This document shows, one piece after another, positions 40,800 through 54,050 of a stretch of 64,000 bases of DNA. This DNA is from Cycas panzhihuaensis (lineage: Eukaryota > Plantae > Cycadophyta). The DNA is taken from positions 175,901,741-175,965,740 of the forward strand of contig CM041465.1 in NCBI GenBank assembly GCA_023213395.1. Direction: 5' to 3'. Below the pieces are notes generated by a model. That model saw nothing but the letters and a program-made list of their open reading frames with translations. It was not told where the DNA came from and did not search any database. The translations under genes were made by a program, and so were the position numbers. Position 1 is the stretch's first letter. The number at the start of each line of letters is the position of its first letter.

Positions 40800-43700
40800 T
40801 TTTTTCTTTAATTCACTATGTACTATTTCAATTGACTTTTCTTGACTATTTTATTAAGCAATATTCCATCAAGCTATTAGAGTTACATGGCACCATTTTG
40901 TTGAATATGTTTTACTTTATATAGACCAAACCATTGCAACTTCATTTTTCTTAGCTTTATGTGAAATTTACTGTCATAAAAGAGTACTAGATCTCCTTCT
41001 TGGAACTAAGATATTTTTAGGTGTCAATCATGCTATGCATTATGTCATTACTTTTTGCCCATAAGGTTCTTATATGATCTTTTTATAGTTTTTCTGTCTA
41101 CCCATAGTATCAAGTGAAGTTGTTTTACCTAATCTATTTATCTTTTGTTCCAAATCTTGGACAAATCTAATTTTTATTTTTTTATTTTTTTGCACTTTCT
41201 ACTTATCCATTTGCTTGAGGATAATATGGAGAGGATTTAGAATGTTGGATCATGAATTATTTTGCAAGGTGCTTAATAGTTTAGTTTAGAAAATTACTTA
41301 TTTGGTTTGAAATAATTTCCAAGGGGTAACCGAAATAAATAATAAAAGTCTTGTATAAAAATTAAGCTATACTTTGAGCATCACATGCCTTCATAGATTT
41401 TATTTTAGTCCACTTGATTAACAAGTCTATAGCAACCAATATATATCTTATGTTAGTTTATTTAACTGGTGGACTAATTAGCTCAATAATATCTAACCCC
41501 CACTTCTTGAATGGAGACTATACTAACATGGGAAGTAAAGGCATGAGATGTTTTTTTGCTAACTTCCCTACCCATTGATACACATCATAATTATGCATCC
41601 ATTTCTCTATGTCTTTAAATAATATAAGCCACCAAAGTCCTGCTAATAATATCCTTTTGGTAGTGGGTTCAACACCTTGATGTTTCACTATAATGCCTTC
41701 ATGAGCTTCTTGAATTATGGCCTTTACCTCATGTTCCATTATGCATCTTCTTAAAACACTATTTAGTCTTAACTTGTATAACATTCCTTGAATTAACTAA
41801 AATAGGAAATTTTTTCAAATAAAAATCTACTACTCGACGTATTCCATCCCTTATGGTATCTACCCTGTGGGCTAATATAGTGTAATACCTTTATACCACT
41901 TTGGTACTACCTTGATAGAAAGTAACTCTGCACTAGAAAAGTGATCATGGATCCCTATAGTAGGCTTTCCTTCCACTTCTCTTAATAGAAAGTTTGGGAT
42001 CATATGCTTGTCTCCTTTTTTCACTATGATTTTAAGATTAAATTCTTGAAATAACATTAGTCATATACTAATTCTTCCATACAAAATAGGTTTATTAACC
42101 AAATATTATAAGCTCTAGTGATCCACAAAGAAAATAAATGTATTAGCCAATAAATAATATCTAAATTTTTGTAGGGCATAAACCATGCCTAGACCTTCTC
42201 GTTCCATGACTGAATAGTTATTTTCCACTTCCATTAACTTTTTACTTTCAAAATATATTAGTAGATGTATTTCATTATCCTTTGGTTATGTTAATACTCA
42301 TCTAATAATAAATAAAGAGGCATCTACATGTACATAGAAAAGTTTCTCCTAATCAAGAAATCTTAATATTGGTGTATGGGTGACTTTTTTCTTAATAACT
42401 TAAATGCAAGCTATTATTATGGCTTACATTGCCATATGGATTTCATCTTTAGTAGGGTTAATAAAGGATTAGCTATTTGGGCATATTATTATATAAGTTT
42501 TCTATAATATACCATCATTCCTAAAAATCCTTTGGCCTATTTAGGTGTTTTTGGAACTAGAAAATTTAAAATTATAATTACTTTGTTAAGATCAGTGAGC
42601 AACTATTTTTTTGTAACTACATGACCTAACAAAGTCCTAAAAGGTACCATAAATATGCACTTGGTAGGATTGAAACACAAATTACTTTTCCTATAGGTTT
42701 TTAATATTAAACACAGATAGCTAAGATGGTTTTTTAATAGAGTAAAAAGTTTTCAATCATCTAAAATATCTCAATCATTTTTTCAATAGTCTGCTTGAAA
42801 ATATTAAGAATCACCCTCTAAAACATAGTAAGAGCATTAGCCAATCCAAATGACATAACTATAAATGCATGCATACCCCATTCTATAACAAAGGTCATCT
42901 TCAACTAGTCTTTCACCACAAATTAAACTTGATTATATCTATTAAATCCTGCATGAAGGAACAACCCTCATGCCATGTAACATTTTCCAAAATATCTTTA
43001 GTAAATAGAATAGGGAATGAGTCCTTCTCTATTGCCTTATTTGGAGCTTTGTAATCCACACAAACTCTAAGTTTCCCATTCATTTTTGGAACTACTACAA
43101 CTAGACCTATACATTCACTATTTTCCACTTCAAAGATATAATTCACCTCAAGTAATTTATCAAGTCTAGATTTTACCTTCTTTTTATGTTCAAGGCATTA
43201 TCTTACTAGTTTAACTCCTACTAATTCTATCTTATATTTGCTAAGTTTAGGTAAAATACCTTTTAAGTCTTTATAGGACTAGGCAAAAATGTCTTTACAT
43301 TCTAGAAATAATAAGGTAGTCTTTTACACAAATTTTACATCCTAATAATCTCCTAAGCTAATAATTTAAGGTTGTTCCCATATTCCAATATTGATTTCTA
43401 GTAACTTAAGCTTTTCTCCTTCCACCGTCTTACCATCTAGGCTTACTATATATGTTGGAGTATTATCAATAATGCATTCCCTATATTCCAATGTAGAATA
43501 ATTTGGAGGAAATGATTGAGATTCTTATTGAATATCTTCTTTCATTACTTTATTTCCTTTAATACAGAAGTAACTTCTTTCCTTTTCCATAGTTTTTTCT
43601 TCAAAAATTTATAAAATTTTCTTGATTTTTCCATCTTCATTATGGTATGCAAAGGTCTAGTAAAAATTTTCTAACATTAAATCCTAGTCTATTATTTTTA

Positions 43701-46700
43701 TGTTTTCATAATGATTATACCAGAATACAGAAATTCCTTTTAGTACTAATCCCTAATACTATACCTATTTATTTTTTGGAATTCCATTAGCTATCCATAT
43801 CTAAATACAATTCTATTCATATAGATAAGGATCATCGGTATTTTAGAATAGGGGTAATTCTATTTCATGTTTATGAAATCTATTTAAAAAGTTTCTACTT
43901 ACTTCTTCCTAGGAATTAAATTATTTTGTCTATGCAGCATATCATAAATATGCTTGACCTATTAAAGAACAAGGAAATATAAAATACCAAAAAAATTATT
44001 GCCATTTATTTTTTATTATCTTAATATATTATTCTAAATACTTTTTTGCTTGGCCCAACTCACTACAATATTTAGGAAGTTCATTGAACTTCTTAGCACG
44101 GGCCAAATCTTCCTATCATTTTTGTTAATTTGTGGTAATTGTGGTTGCATTACTTCCTCTTCTATATTCTCTTCATCTAAAGAATCTGCACACATCTCTA
44201 AATGATATCATGGGATTGGTTCTACTTCTTCCCATATATTGTGGAGCTAATTCAACATATAAGATGATGAAGAACTACTTGGAAAGACTGGTTACATCTA
44301 AAATGTTGTTTTTAAGTAGGGGATGACTATTAACTATATTGTAGCTATGGTGGATGATGATTTTTCATCATCTTTAATTTTATCTATTTGTGGTATATTT
44401 TAGCATAGGGAAAAAGTGACCATCTTATTTTCTATTGGTAATATAAAAGTATGTTTCCCCCAATCTTATATGGCTTTCATGGCCAACAATAAAGGTCTTC
44501 CCAATAAGGCTTAGTAAGTCCTTTTTTGGCCTTGTATTTTAATTCCTATAGAATCTAATAACATAGTAATATCTATAACATTCACTGGAATACTCAACAA
44601 TGTACTTATAGGTCTAACCTATAACTAGTTATTCAACCTAATTAAATAGTCTAGAGCAACCACATTGAGCCTTCCCAAAGTTATCCATGAGGATTCTAAT
44701 AACACATTCACTCCAAAGCCCCTATTAATTATTGTATTATATAAGGTTGTTCCAATGACTACCATTAGAACTCTTGTGTCAACTCTAGTATCCTTAATGA
44801 CCCTTAGTATTTATTTTTTAATTTATTTTAGCACTAACTATTGGAAGTAACTAGCTTCCTATCACTTAAAAATAATGGATATAAGGATTAAAACTCCTAA
44901 CTCAGTAAGTAAATCTTTCACTACTTATAACTATTACCAAGAATTTATACCTTATTATGTAGACTATGCTTGGATAATTCTTCTTTTGTAATGTAGGCCT
45001 TTGAATCTCTACTTTTATTGGAGTCCTTCATATTGTACTTCCCCCATTACCTCTTAAAGGATCCTCATCACTTCTTGAAGTTGTTATTTTTCCACTATTA
45101 TGTCTAAAAGATTATCTTGAGGAGGAGGTACTATTGTCTTACCACTACATGTCTATAAATATGCTAGTATTTCCTTGTTTAGAAGTACATCTACTAAGTT
45201 AACATTCTGTACTTTAATATTCTTTGAATAGTTTACCCATTCATGATTTATAGGTTTGTACTCTTTGTAAATAAATTCTCCTCTTTTCTTCTCCAACGAA
45301 TATTAAGATTTATAGTATACTCATCTTTGGCATAAGAAACAATGGATTGGCTTTGTTTCACCGTTATACTGCTTTGTCATTCCTCACTTTGACTTCTGCA
45401 AAAATACATTATGGACTTCCCCTTCATTATGTTTTGTCCTATAGAAATATTCTAAAATATTATGGTTATTTTATTAGTAATTATTATACCATTTTGAATG
45501 TCCACTATGTTCATTCTTCAAATGTCCTTACTAATTGCAAGGTGGCAAACACTAAATATTTTCTCTTGATTTTTCCATTAGTAAATGAGACAATTCTATA
45601 TATAGCTTTTCTAACTCTTAATTTTGTTGCATGCTTGATAGAACAAAAATTAGTGGTTGCTTCTTTAATTCTTTAATATCCTTCTTTAAGGCCTTAATTT
45701 CTGGGTTCATATCCATTTATAGTATTTGTAAGAATTATGTTTTAACACATGTCATTGGACAACATACCAAGGCTTGCATTTCCATTTGGGAGCTAGCCAA
45801 CTTAACTTGATTCTCAAATTTCATTACTGCTTATAATTATTCATTGGATGTAACATCACTTTATCTCTGAGTTATGGTATCAATACCTACACAAAATTAT
45901 TCATAGCAAGCATAGGATGTATTATCATAGGAGATTATATTTTATTTATAATGACTCTCATTCTTCCATCGAAGTCATTCATAAATTCTTTGGAATATTG
46001 TTGGATCTCCTTCAAAGCTTATAATATGGCTATTGGATCTATAATCTTTTGGAATCTATCTAAAAACTAAGCCTATAATTAATTCCAAAAGATTATAGAT
46101 CCAATAGCCATATTATAAGCTTTGAAGGAGATCCAACAATATTCCAAAGAATCTATAATCTTTGGATCTATAATCTTTTGGAATCTATCTAAAAACTAAG
46201 CCTATAATTAATTCCAACTTAATTCTTAAACTACTATGTACTAGAACCATATAATTGTTGGTTATCTTAACATTTTAGAAAAGGGGCTTTTATTTCATTT
46301 TGATCTACAATTCTTTTAGTTTGAATCATACTTTTAAATAAGGACAAATGATCACTTAGATCCATGGATCCATCAAATTATAGGGTTAAAAAAATAGAGT
46401 CACTTTACATAATAATATAAGGGGTTGTGCCTCCTTAATTTATTCCACTTGATGCTCCATTTTATACCCCGCTAAGTGGTGTATTACTACCTATCCCTCC
46501 TCCCAAATTGCTACCTAGACTTTCCATTGATGACTTAAAGAGGGAGTTTATTATGTGACTCACAGTTTTAATTTTCAGTAAATGATGATTCCAAGCTTTC
46601 TCCACTAAACTATATACTTCTAATTCAATTCAATTCTCTTCATGTACTTAAGCCTCTTGTAACCCATATGTTTTAGCCAAGTTCTATTGCCAGTCTTTAG

Positions 46701-48149
46701 ATGGAGGAATATCCATATTCAACACTTCCTCCTTCTATAAAATATTCTTTACAATAAGATAATTTTAAAAAATTTTCTATTGACTTCTACTCTTAGTAAA
46801 TTCTAATTGTATTAGTTCCTTATCTATAAGTTCCTCTTCCACTGCATACCTCTATACATCTTCATGTTGTTCTACTTATGCTTTGACTACCTCCTTATTA
46901 GATTCTACACCTAACTTTTGTTCATTTACCTCACCTTCATTTCCCAACTTTCTCTTCTCTATTGAGTGTGCATATGGTCACCTCTTCATCTGCTTCTTTA
47001 GAGTGAATGTGAATTTGAGCCTATATATTCTAGATTAGAGCCTATATTTCTCCTAATATTCACCATGATCGTGATGTGATTTAATTTGCATCTTAAGTGG
47101 CATAGAGGAGAACATGAGGATGTACTCATCTTTGTCCATTATGACTTCTACCATACTTTTCCCTAGTTTGAAAGGCAATAGAACCAATATGTGCTTTTAC
47201 ATATTTACATTATCTCTATGCATAACATTGATAAGCAAGTATAAGTAAAATCATGTATATGTTTCTAGTTAGTCTCTACTATATGACACCCTTATAAATG
47301 GTATACATAGAATCAACTAAGGTGAACACAAACCATAATCATTGAATTAACAATAGGTTGTATCTGGTTCTCTCATAACTAGATGTGAACCCAAAATAGT
47401 ACATAAGATCATGATCGATATAGTATAACAAAACTCTAGTTATAATCTATATAGATGCATACTACTCTATACTCTTCAATAAGTACTCATGCACATGCTA
47501 TATATCTTATAAAAATCATTTCATATTTATATCTTATTTCACAATCATCTAATATTAAAATAGTTATGACTTTGTGGTTGGTTACAACTACCTCCAACCA
47601 TAGAAAAGTGTCTTACGGTTGCTAAACCATTACTAATATGACTACTTCCTTTTACCTGCCTTTCATCATATATTGTAACTATCTAGTTGCAACTGTCTTT
47701 TCTTGTCTTTCACAGCCTTTGATCATGTCACAATTGACATATTTCCTGAGCATAAAATTAGTTGTTATAAACCCTAGTTATAATCCTCTTTAGATAGAGT
47801 TTAGAGTTTTTCCTAGTTTTCATCCTTTTCCAAGTGATTTGCCTTTAAGATTACATAGTTTTTCTATGAGTTTTGGCTTGTCTTACATATATTACTTGAG
47901 ATTTATCTAGGGATCCATCCATATAAGCTCTAGTTGAACCTATTATAAGGAATAACAGACTATATTTACCTTATCTCCTACTTAATTCTTAGGTTTTCTT
48001 GCTTATTCATCTTTTGAAATTAATCTCATATAATTTCTACTACCTTTGTTTATATTGTTACCTTCTCTTCCAATACTTTTATCATTATTCCTTCCATCCT
48101 CATAGCCTTAAGGACTTGATGATGAATTTTGGGTTGGAACTTAGCACTA
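40800..48149 (-). mobile_element. Decayed Ty3/gypsy element #2 (non-chromovirus type)
   Basis: Integrase (EAHEG..GVEPTTKRILLAGLWW, 41518-41784); RNase H (EREGLGMVYALQKFRYYL ~42160-42210; LFQEFNLKI); RT (VVVPKMNGKLRVCVDYKAPNKAIEKDSFPI, 42913-43146); protease (IINRGFGVNV, from DGGSGVN; LLGRP..DWG ~44450-44735). PBS TGGTTCTATTGCC at 47174-47186. Candidate 5' LTR from 47190, right end uncertain. Confidence 0.85.
45985..46217. repeat. Perfect 71-bp inverted repeat (45985-46055 / 46082-46152) followed by a ~56-bp direct re-copy
   Basis: Arms are exact reverse complements with a 26-nt spacer; 46033-46088 recurs at 46162-46217. Confidence 0.95.
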
Positions 48150-48314
48150 TTTTGAGGTAAATTATACTATATTCAATCATCATTTGAGGTAAAATTAATT
48201 TAATGGTATTACTAGTGGATATTTCTTTAAAAAGGTATTAAAAAATATTTCTCTTATTTTGGTTGCTCAGCTTTCATTACTTCTAAGATTGCATGGTCCA
48301 ATAGTTAGTTAGTT

Positions 48315-48317
<3 letters not shown>

Positions 48318-48349
<32 letters not shown>
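48318..48349. repeat. Poly(T) run preceded by (AGTT)n
   Basis: Directly visible. Confidence 0.95.
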
Positions 48350-50999
48350 CAGTGTGTTAATCTTTTCATTAGAGTGATTGTTATTCTCTATTTTTTCATT
48401 TTTCTCCTAATCCTCAATGAGTTTGGCCCTTCAAATGGTTGCCTTATAGATTTCCAAACTCTTAATGGGAGGCAGAATTAGATATTAGAGGTAATGATTA
48501 ATCAAAGTAGGTCATTTTTCTTACATGCATGAAGTTATTTCTTATTATATGATAGTTGCGAATCATTTTGGTTGATTTTAAACTTTGCATATAAGAGATA
48601 TTATCATTTTACTTATCTTTGGAATATTTGTACTTTACTATTATTGCCATCAAGTTTAGCTTCAACACAAAGGAGTGATCTCAAGTGAAAGATTTGTTTC
48701 AATATCAAACTCGAATATTAGGTACACAAATCTCTTGCTTTTAAAGATCCTTTCCTTTCCTTAGTTCTAGAATCATTAAAAGTGAAGCATAGAGAAAGAA
48801 TCAAAGTAGATCATCTTCTGACTTTCATTTATATGCCTTGATTATTTTGATTTATTTCATTTATATACATAAAAAAAGATAAACATTCATCTTGAAAAGT
48901 TGAGTTTGGTGGTTCTAAGATCTAAAATTATAATTGTATGATTACTTATTTCTTTACTCTTTTGTTTTTATTTGAGTAAACTTGATTGGTTGAAAAATAA
49001 AATAAAAAGGGTAATTAATAGGATAATCGTAAGTATAGATTTTGTGCCTAAATCTCCCTTATCTCTTATGTCTTTTTGCTTGTATTCACTAGCATGTATA
49101 TTGTTTGATATTTTCATGTAAATAAAAGATGCATAATAGTTATTACATATAGCTTTGTTTTGACATTATACCTAGGTTTATTATGATTTTATATTACATG
49201 CAAACATTTCCATATTGAATTGTTACCTTTCCTTCCATTGAGAGTTCATCCACAAGTGAGAAATGACTCCTCCTTAGGACTTAGTGAAGTGGATTTCATT
49301 TTAGACTGATCACCATAATTACTCTATTATGATTGTCCCAAAGCCAATAAACCAATACCCTACTACGAAATTATTATGTGACTCTTCTCATCATTACATA
49401 CACCTATAATTTCACTTCACCATCCCTAACATCATATGTGAAACATATCCACTATTGTAGCAATTCCAAATTCTATTAGACTTATTCTTGTTATAGATAA
49501 GTATTAAAATTTGATGAAAACATTGAACCTAATAATAATGATGGGTGTTTGAGTGATGGATTGTCATCCACTAACTCCTATAATTATTTCTATATTAATT
49601 GGTCTAAATATTCACTCTCATTTACTATGACTCCATCTATCATCTTCTACAAAATAGTAATATCCATATTGGATAATATGTGAATTTCCTTTTGCCTAAG
49701 AATTTAGTTACGAGGATTTTATCCATCAACCATAATTATGGATGTCTTAGACTTTTAAATTTTAACCCACCAAAATACTATTGAGCACATAGTTAACAAA
49801 ATTATCAAACCATTAACTCTCTATCTACATATATTCTTTTATCTCACATAGGAAATCCCTTTGTATGAGATAGTTTTGCTGGTCTCTATATTAGGTTAGC
49901 AAACATTTCTACTCTTTCCATATTTTGTGCTACTAACTCCATTATGTTCTCCATTAATCATTTGCCCCAATTCAAAGGTGGCAACATAGGACATCTCCTC
50001 CAATTAGACTGAGTCATTATGGATTTGAAATTATAATTTTTCTCCATATAAAGTTAAAATTTACACACTTGAAAGTTAGAAAATAAAACTAAGAATGCTT
50101 ATTAATAATGTATGTTCAATGCAATAGTTGTTACATGCTTTTGGGAATGTTGATTGGATAGAGCATTTCTGAAATGCTTCATAGAACACTTTGAACAAAC
50201 CTTGGAATGCTAGGTGGTTCACTTGAATGCTTCTAGAAATTCTTCACTAATCATATCTTTTCATGTCATTTGCCATAATGTTCAAAATTGTTCAGTACTA
50301 GAAATTATTATGGCACTACTTAGTAGTTGAAATTCATTAATTTTTACTTAAAATTGGTGTAAAATCACATGCTCATAATGTATTCTTGTATTCTAAAAAA
50401 ATAGAATGGTTAAAAAACCCTTGAAAATCATTTTTTAAAATATTTGTCTTTGTTTTTACATAGAATATTTCCTTGAGTTGTTCTTAGAAGGAATAATTTC
50501 AAGAATAATGACTCAAAATGGTCACTAGAGTGTTATTTATCTTTAGCTTAGAATTGTGTTTTAGATACTTTATCATAAGCATTGGAAGAATCATTTTTTA
50601 TCTTGGAATAATGGCTTCCAATTAGAAATGTTTGACTTGTAACTCTAAGGCAATAATTTTTATTTTATCTTAATATAATTATCTTTAAGGAAATAACCTT
50701 AGAAATTCACTTGAGTTTGATGATTTACCATGTTGATTAGTTATGAGATGAAAGTTATGGTTGGTTTTTTTCTATTTTTTTAAATTTTTTAATATTTTTT
50801 TCATTTATATATTAAGATGGAATCAAGTCCTAAGACTAGAATAACCTTAGTTGTCTTTAGCTTCAGCAACACATTGCAACATGCTAGTATACACTCAATC
50901 AATTATGTTAGCATGTAGGCTGCCATAATCATGGTGGGCCTTTATTATTCTTTTATTCACTAACTTTAGTAAGGGTAGTCCATCAAGTTCATTTAGCTA

Positions 51000-51480
51000 T
51001 ACTCCTTCATTATCAAATATCTTTACTACTAGGTATTGACCTGGCTAGTGCATCTTTAGTTTCTCTAAGTGTGTGCAAAATTTGTTGTCATAGAGAAGCA
51101 CACGATCTCCTTTGTGGAATTGGAGTACCTATAAGTGGAAGTCATGCCATGGCTTTTGATTAGCTTTCTCAACTTTGTACATCTAATTAGATATATATTA
51201 TTTCTCTTCTAATTATAACAACTAAAACATACGTTCTTAGAATAAATCCTCATCATCTAGTCCACATGCTAAGGCAATTTGAAGACTAAAGATAACAAAT
51301 TTATAAGGTATAAGTAGTTTAATACTAAATTCTAATTAGAATGGGATTTTTCCTATTTAATTTTAATAAGTTAATTGGAATGCCCATAAGACGTATTTAG
51401 ATGCTGCTTTATGGCTATTGTTAGCTTTGCTTGTAGCCCATTTATAAAGTAATTTTTAATAGAAATTTTATTAACTTCTC
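51000..51480 (-). pseudogene. Gypsy integrase C-terminal remnant
   Basis: VLWAFQLTY (cf. LWAYRTTY) ~51370-51400; AWHD..FHKGDRVLLY ~51090-51150. Confidence 0.55.
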
Positions 51481-51560
51481 ACCATATGATTATTATAACC
51501 ATCCTACTAGCATAATCTATTATTGATTCTCCTAATCTTTGATTTAAATTCCCTAATGTT

Positions 51561-52246
51561 TGTACCACTTTAAATTTCCTAATACATATACCATAACTTC
51601 ATTAGTTCATAAGATGAGCAGTGATCTTGGAGCTCTCATCAAGGGTTTAAAAGTATCTTTAAGAGAATAAACATTGAAAATTCTAAAAAATAATGGCAAA
51701 TTTAAGACAAAATAGATCGTTCTATAAATTTTGAGTGGTTACACTATAGATTTTTGGGGTGGAAGTATGAAAATTACAACAAAATTAATTTCAGTCTCCT
51801 TTTTTTCTGTCACCGTAATTCTAGGATAGATCTGTAACCTCAACTTCAAAGAGCTATAACTTTTGCTACAAGCATCCAAATGACCTCATTTTTTTTTTAA
51901 TTTTGTGCATTTTTTAATTTACTTTCTAATAGAAGTAGTTTGAAGCTCATCAAAGTTTAGAGTAAAAAGTTATTAGCATTTTATCAGCAAGTACTATTTC
52001 TCTATGTTGAATGGTAGTATGAATAGGTTCATTACAAGTGGTATAAGAGCTAAGGTCATAGGTCGATTCTCAGAGGGGATGACCTCAGTAGAATGTCAGC
52101 ATAGTAGTATTCACCCGAGTCCTGATGAGGCATAAAATTCCCAAGAGTGGGTCACCCAGACGTCGACAACTTATGGGAGAGGTAATGTTACACACCTAGG
52201 CGGTCTTCACTAACACCTCAGGGTTTTGGTGTAACGGTTTGTTACA
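51561..52246 (+). mobile_element. LTR-PBS remnant with a short TRIM-like internal segment
   Basis: ...TTACA at 52036 then PBS TGGTATAAGAGC (52039-52050), ~135 bp, then purine tract GGGAGAGG and TGTTAC at 52186. No matching second LTR; left boundary guessed from TGTA. Confidence 0.4.
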
Positions 52247-54010
52247 TAAAATCTTTCCTAAAATTATATGGTTATCTTTTCCTATGGCTTACTCTTTGTA
52301 CGATACTAGAGGTACTTCCCTTAAGGTACCTACAAATCTTCCCTTTATATCTTCTTCATCCATGATTTTTCTTATATTATTCATATTCCTATAGAGTTAC
52401 AGATACTCAATAGTACTATTTTTCTATTGAATATAAGATGGTTGAAAGACCTTTCATTATAATACCCTAATAACACCATTTTTAGAGGTGTCTTAGTATT
52501 TCATGCATTCCCAATTATTATATTGATATGCTTTAGTGACAACTTTGGCTTTGATGTTGTCTCCTTAATTCCCTTAAATAATAGATTACTCTTTGGTGTT
52601 TTCACATGTATTGTTCCTTTTAAACCTAGTCTTTAAATGGCTAGTGGTGTTTGAATAAAAAAATCTATCATCCCCTAGCACTACTAATGTATTAAACAAC
52701 TTTCTTAACACCACCTTTCTTCTAGGCTAGAGTTCCCCTTTTCCATCATCAATATCCCTTCAAAGTCACATATATTAGCCTTATTTATTTCAAGGGATGT
52801 TTTCTTCATCATAGTGCCTTCTTTACTTTAGACAATTTGTGGTGTCAATAACCCACTTCCCTCTAATATTTTGATGAATTACTCCCTTGTTTCATCTCTT
52901 GGCGATGTGACCCTCTTATGCACTAGTCATAATTTTCTCTTATTAGACCAATGCATTTCCTTTTATTAGCTTGATTCTAGAATGACACTACTTAAAGGCT
53001 TCTTAGGTGGCATTAAAAAGTCCCTTAACTATCATGGTTTAGATAAAACTATGATGGCAACTAGAATCCTTTGGCTTTTAAGTATATGCTTTCACCCCTC
53101 CCAAGGACTTGGGTTCTTCTCTACTTAAGAATTTTAGTAATAGAATAAACTGATTATAGACATACTAATCATCTTAAAACCACTCGCTAATCACCATTCA
53201 TGTGTCCTTATTACTTTGTTTCTAATCTCCTCATGCCTTAAACTCCATACTCCTTATCAATCTAATATTGCATGTTAGCACTTATCCGACACTCATAAAT
53301 ATAACACATGTAAATACTTCATACAAACATACACATAAAATGCACCTAAGTTTTCATCATAATTTAATATTTCATTAGTCAATAACTATATTCAATGTTT
53401 TAAGAATGTCTTACATATGGGCATGCTTGAATGCTAGACTCTTACACCAAAATAGTGTGAGAATGTCCTATTTGTACCCTATTTTACAATATTTTACTCT
53501 AAAAGTCACAACATTTCAAATGAATTTTAACTTTTCATAATGAAATACAGTTACGCTTTCATTACGACCTATCATTTTCATATGTTCATACATCTAAATG
53601 GCCACTTGTTATAGTTTAAGTTTTAATAGATGTTTCCCCACTCTTAGGAATAACATGAATACTTTAATAAATAGGTGAGTACAAGTATGCTTCATTACTC
53701 TCTACACCCCATTGATTTAGTATATCATGATCTTAGATAGTTGGCATGTGTCTTTACTTACTTGTTTTACAGGATTACCCATATATAGACTAGTTGATGA
53801 TGAGTACAACTCTGGTCGATGGTCATTAATCCATCCACTAGGTTTCTTAAGTGAGAACAAGTGATTTTCCCCTTCATAGCATCCTCTTTACCTAATTTCA
53901 ACCTAATCATTCTCCTATTTTTCATTATTTATCGCTCCCTTTCAAGTTTTTATACATCCAAGTCTCTACATTCATGAGCTTTTGGCTTGTTTTTATGAGT
54001 TTCTCATTAT

Positions 54011-54050
<40 letters not shown>

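Noticed and set aside
52122-52170. CTGATGAG as a hammerhead ribozyme core (retrozyme)
   Set aside because: No GAAA after a convincing stem II (the sequence reads GACA), and no stems I/III could be built.
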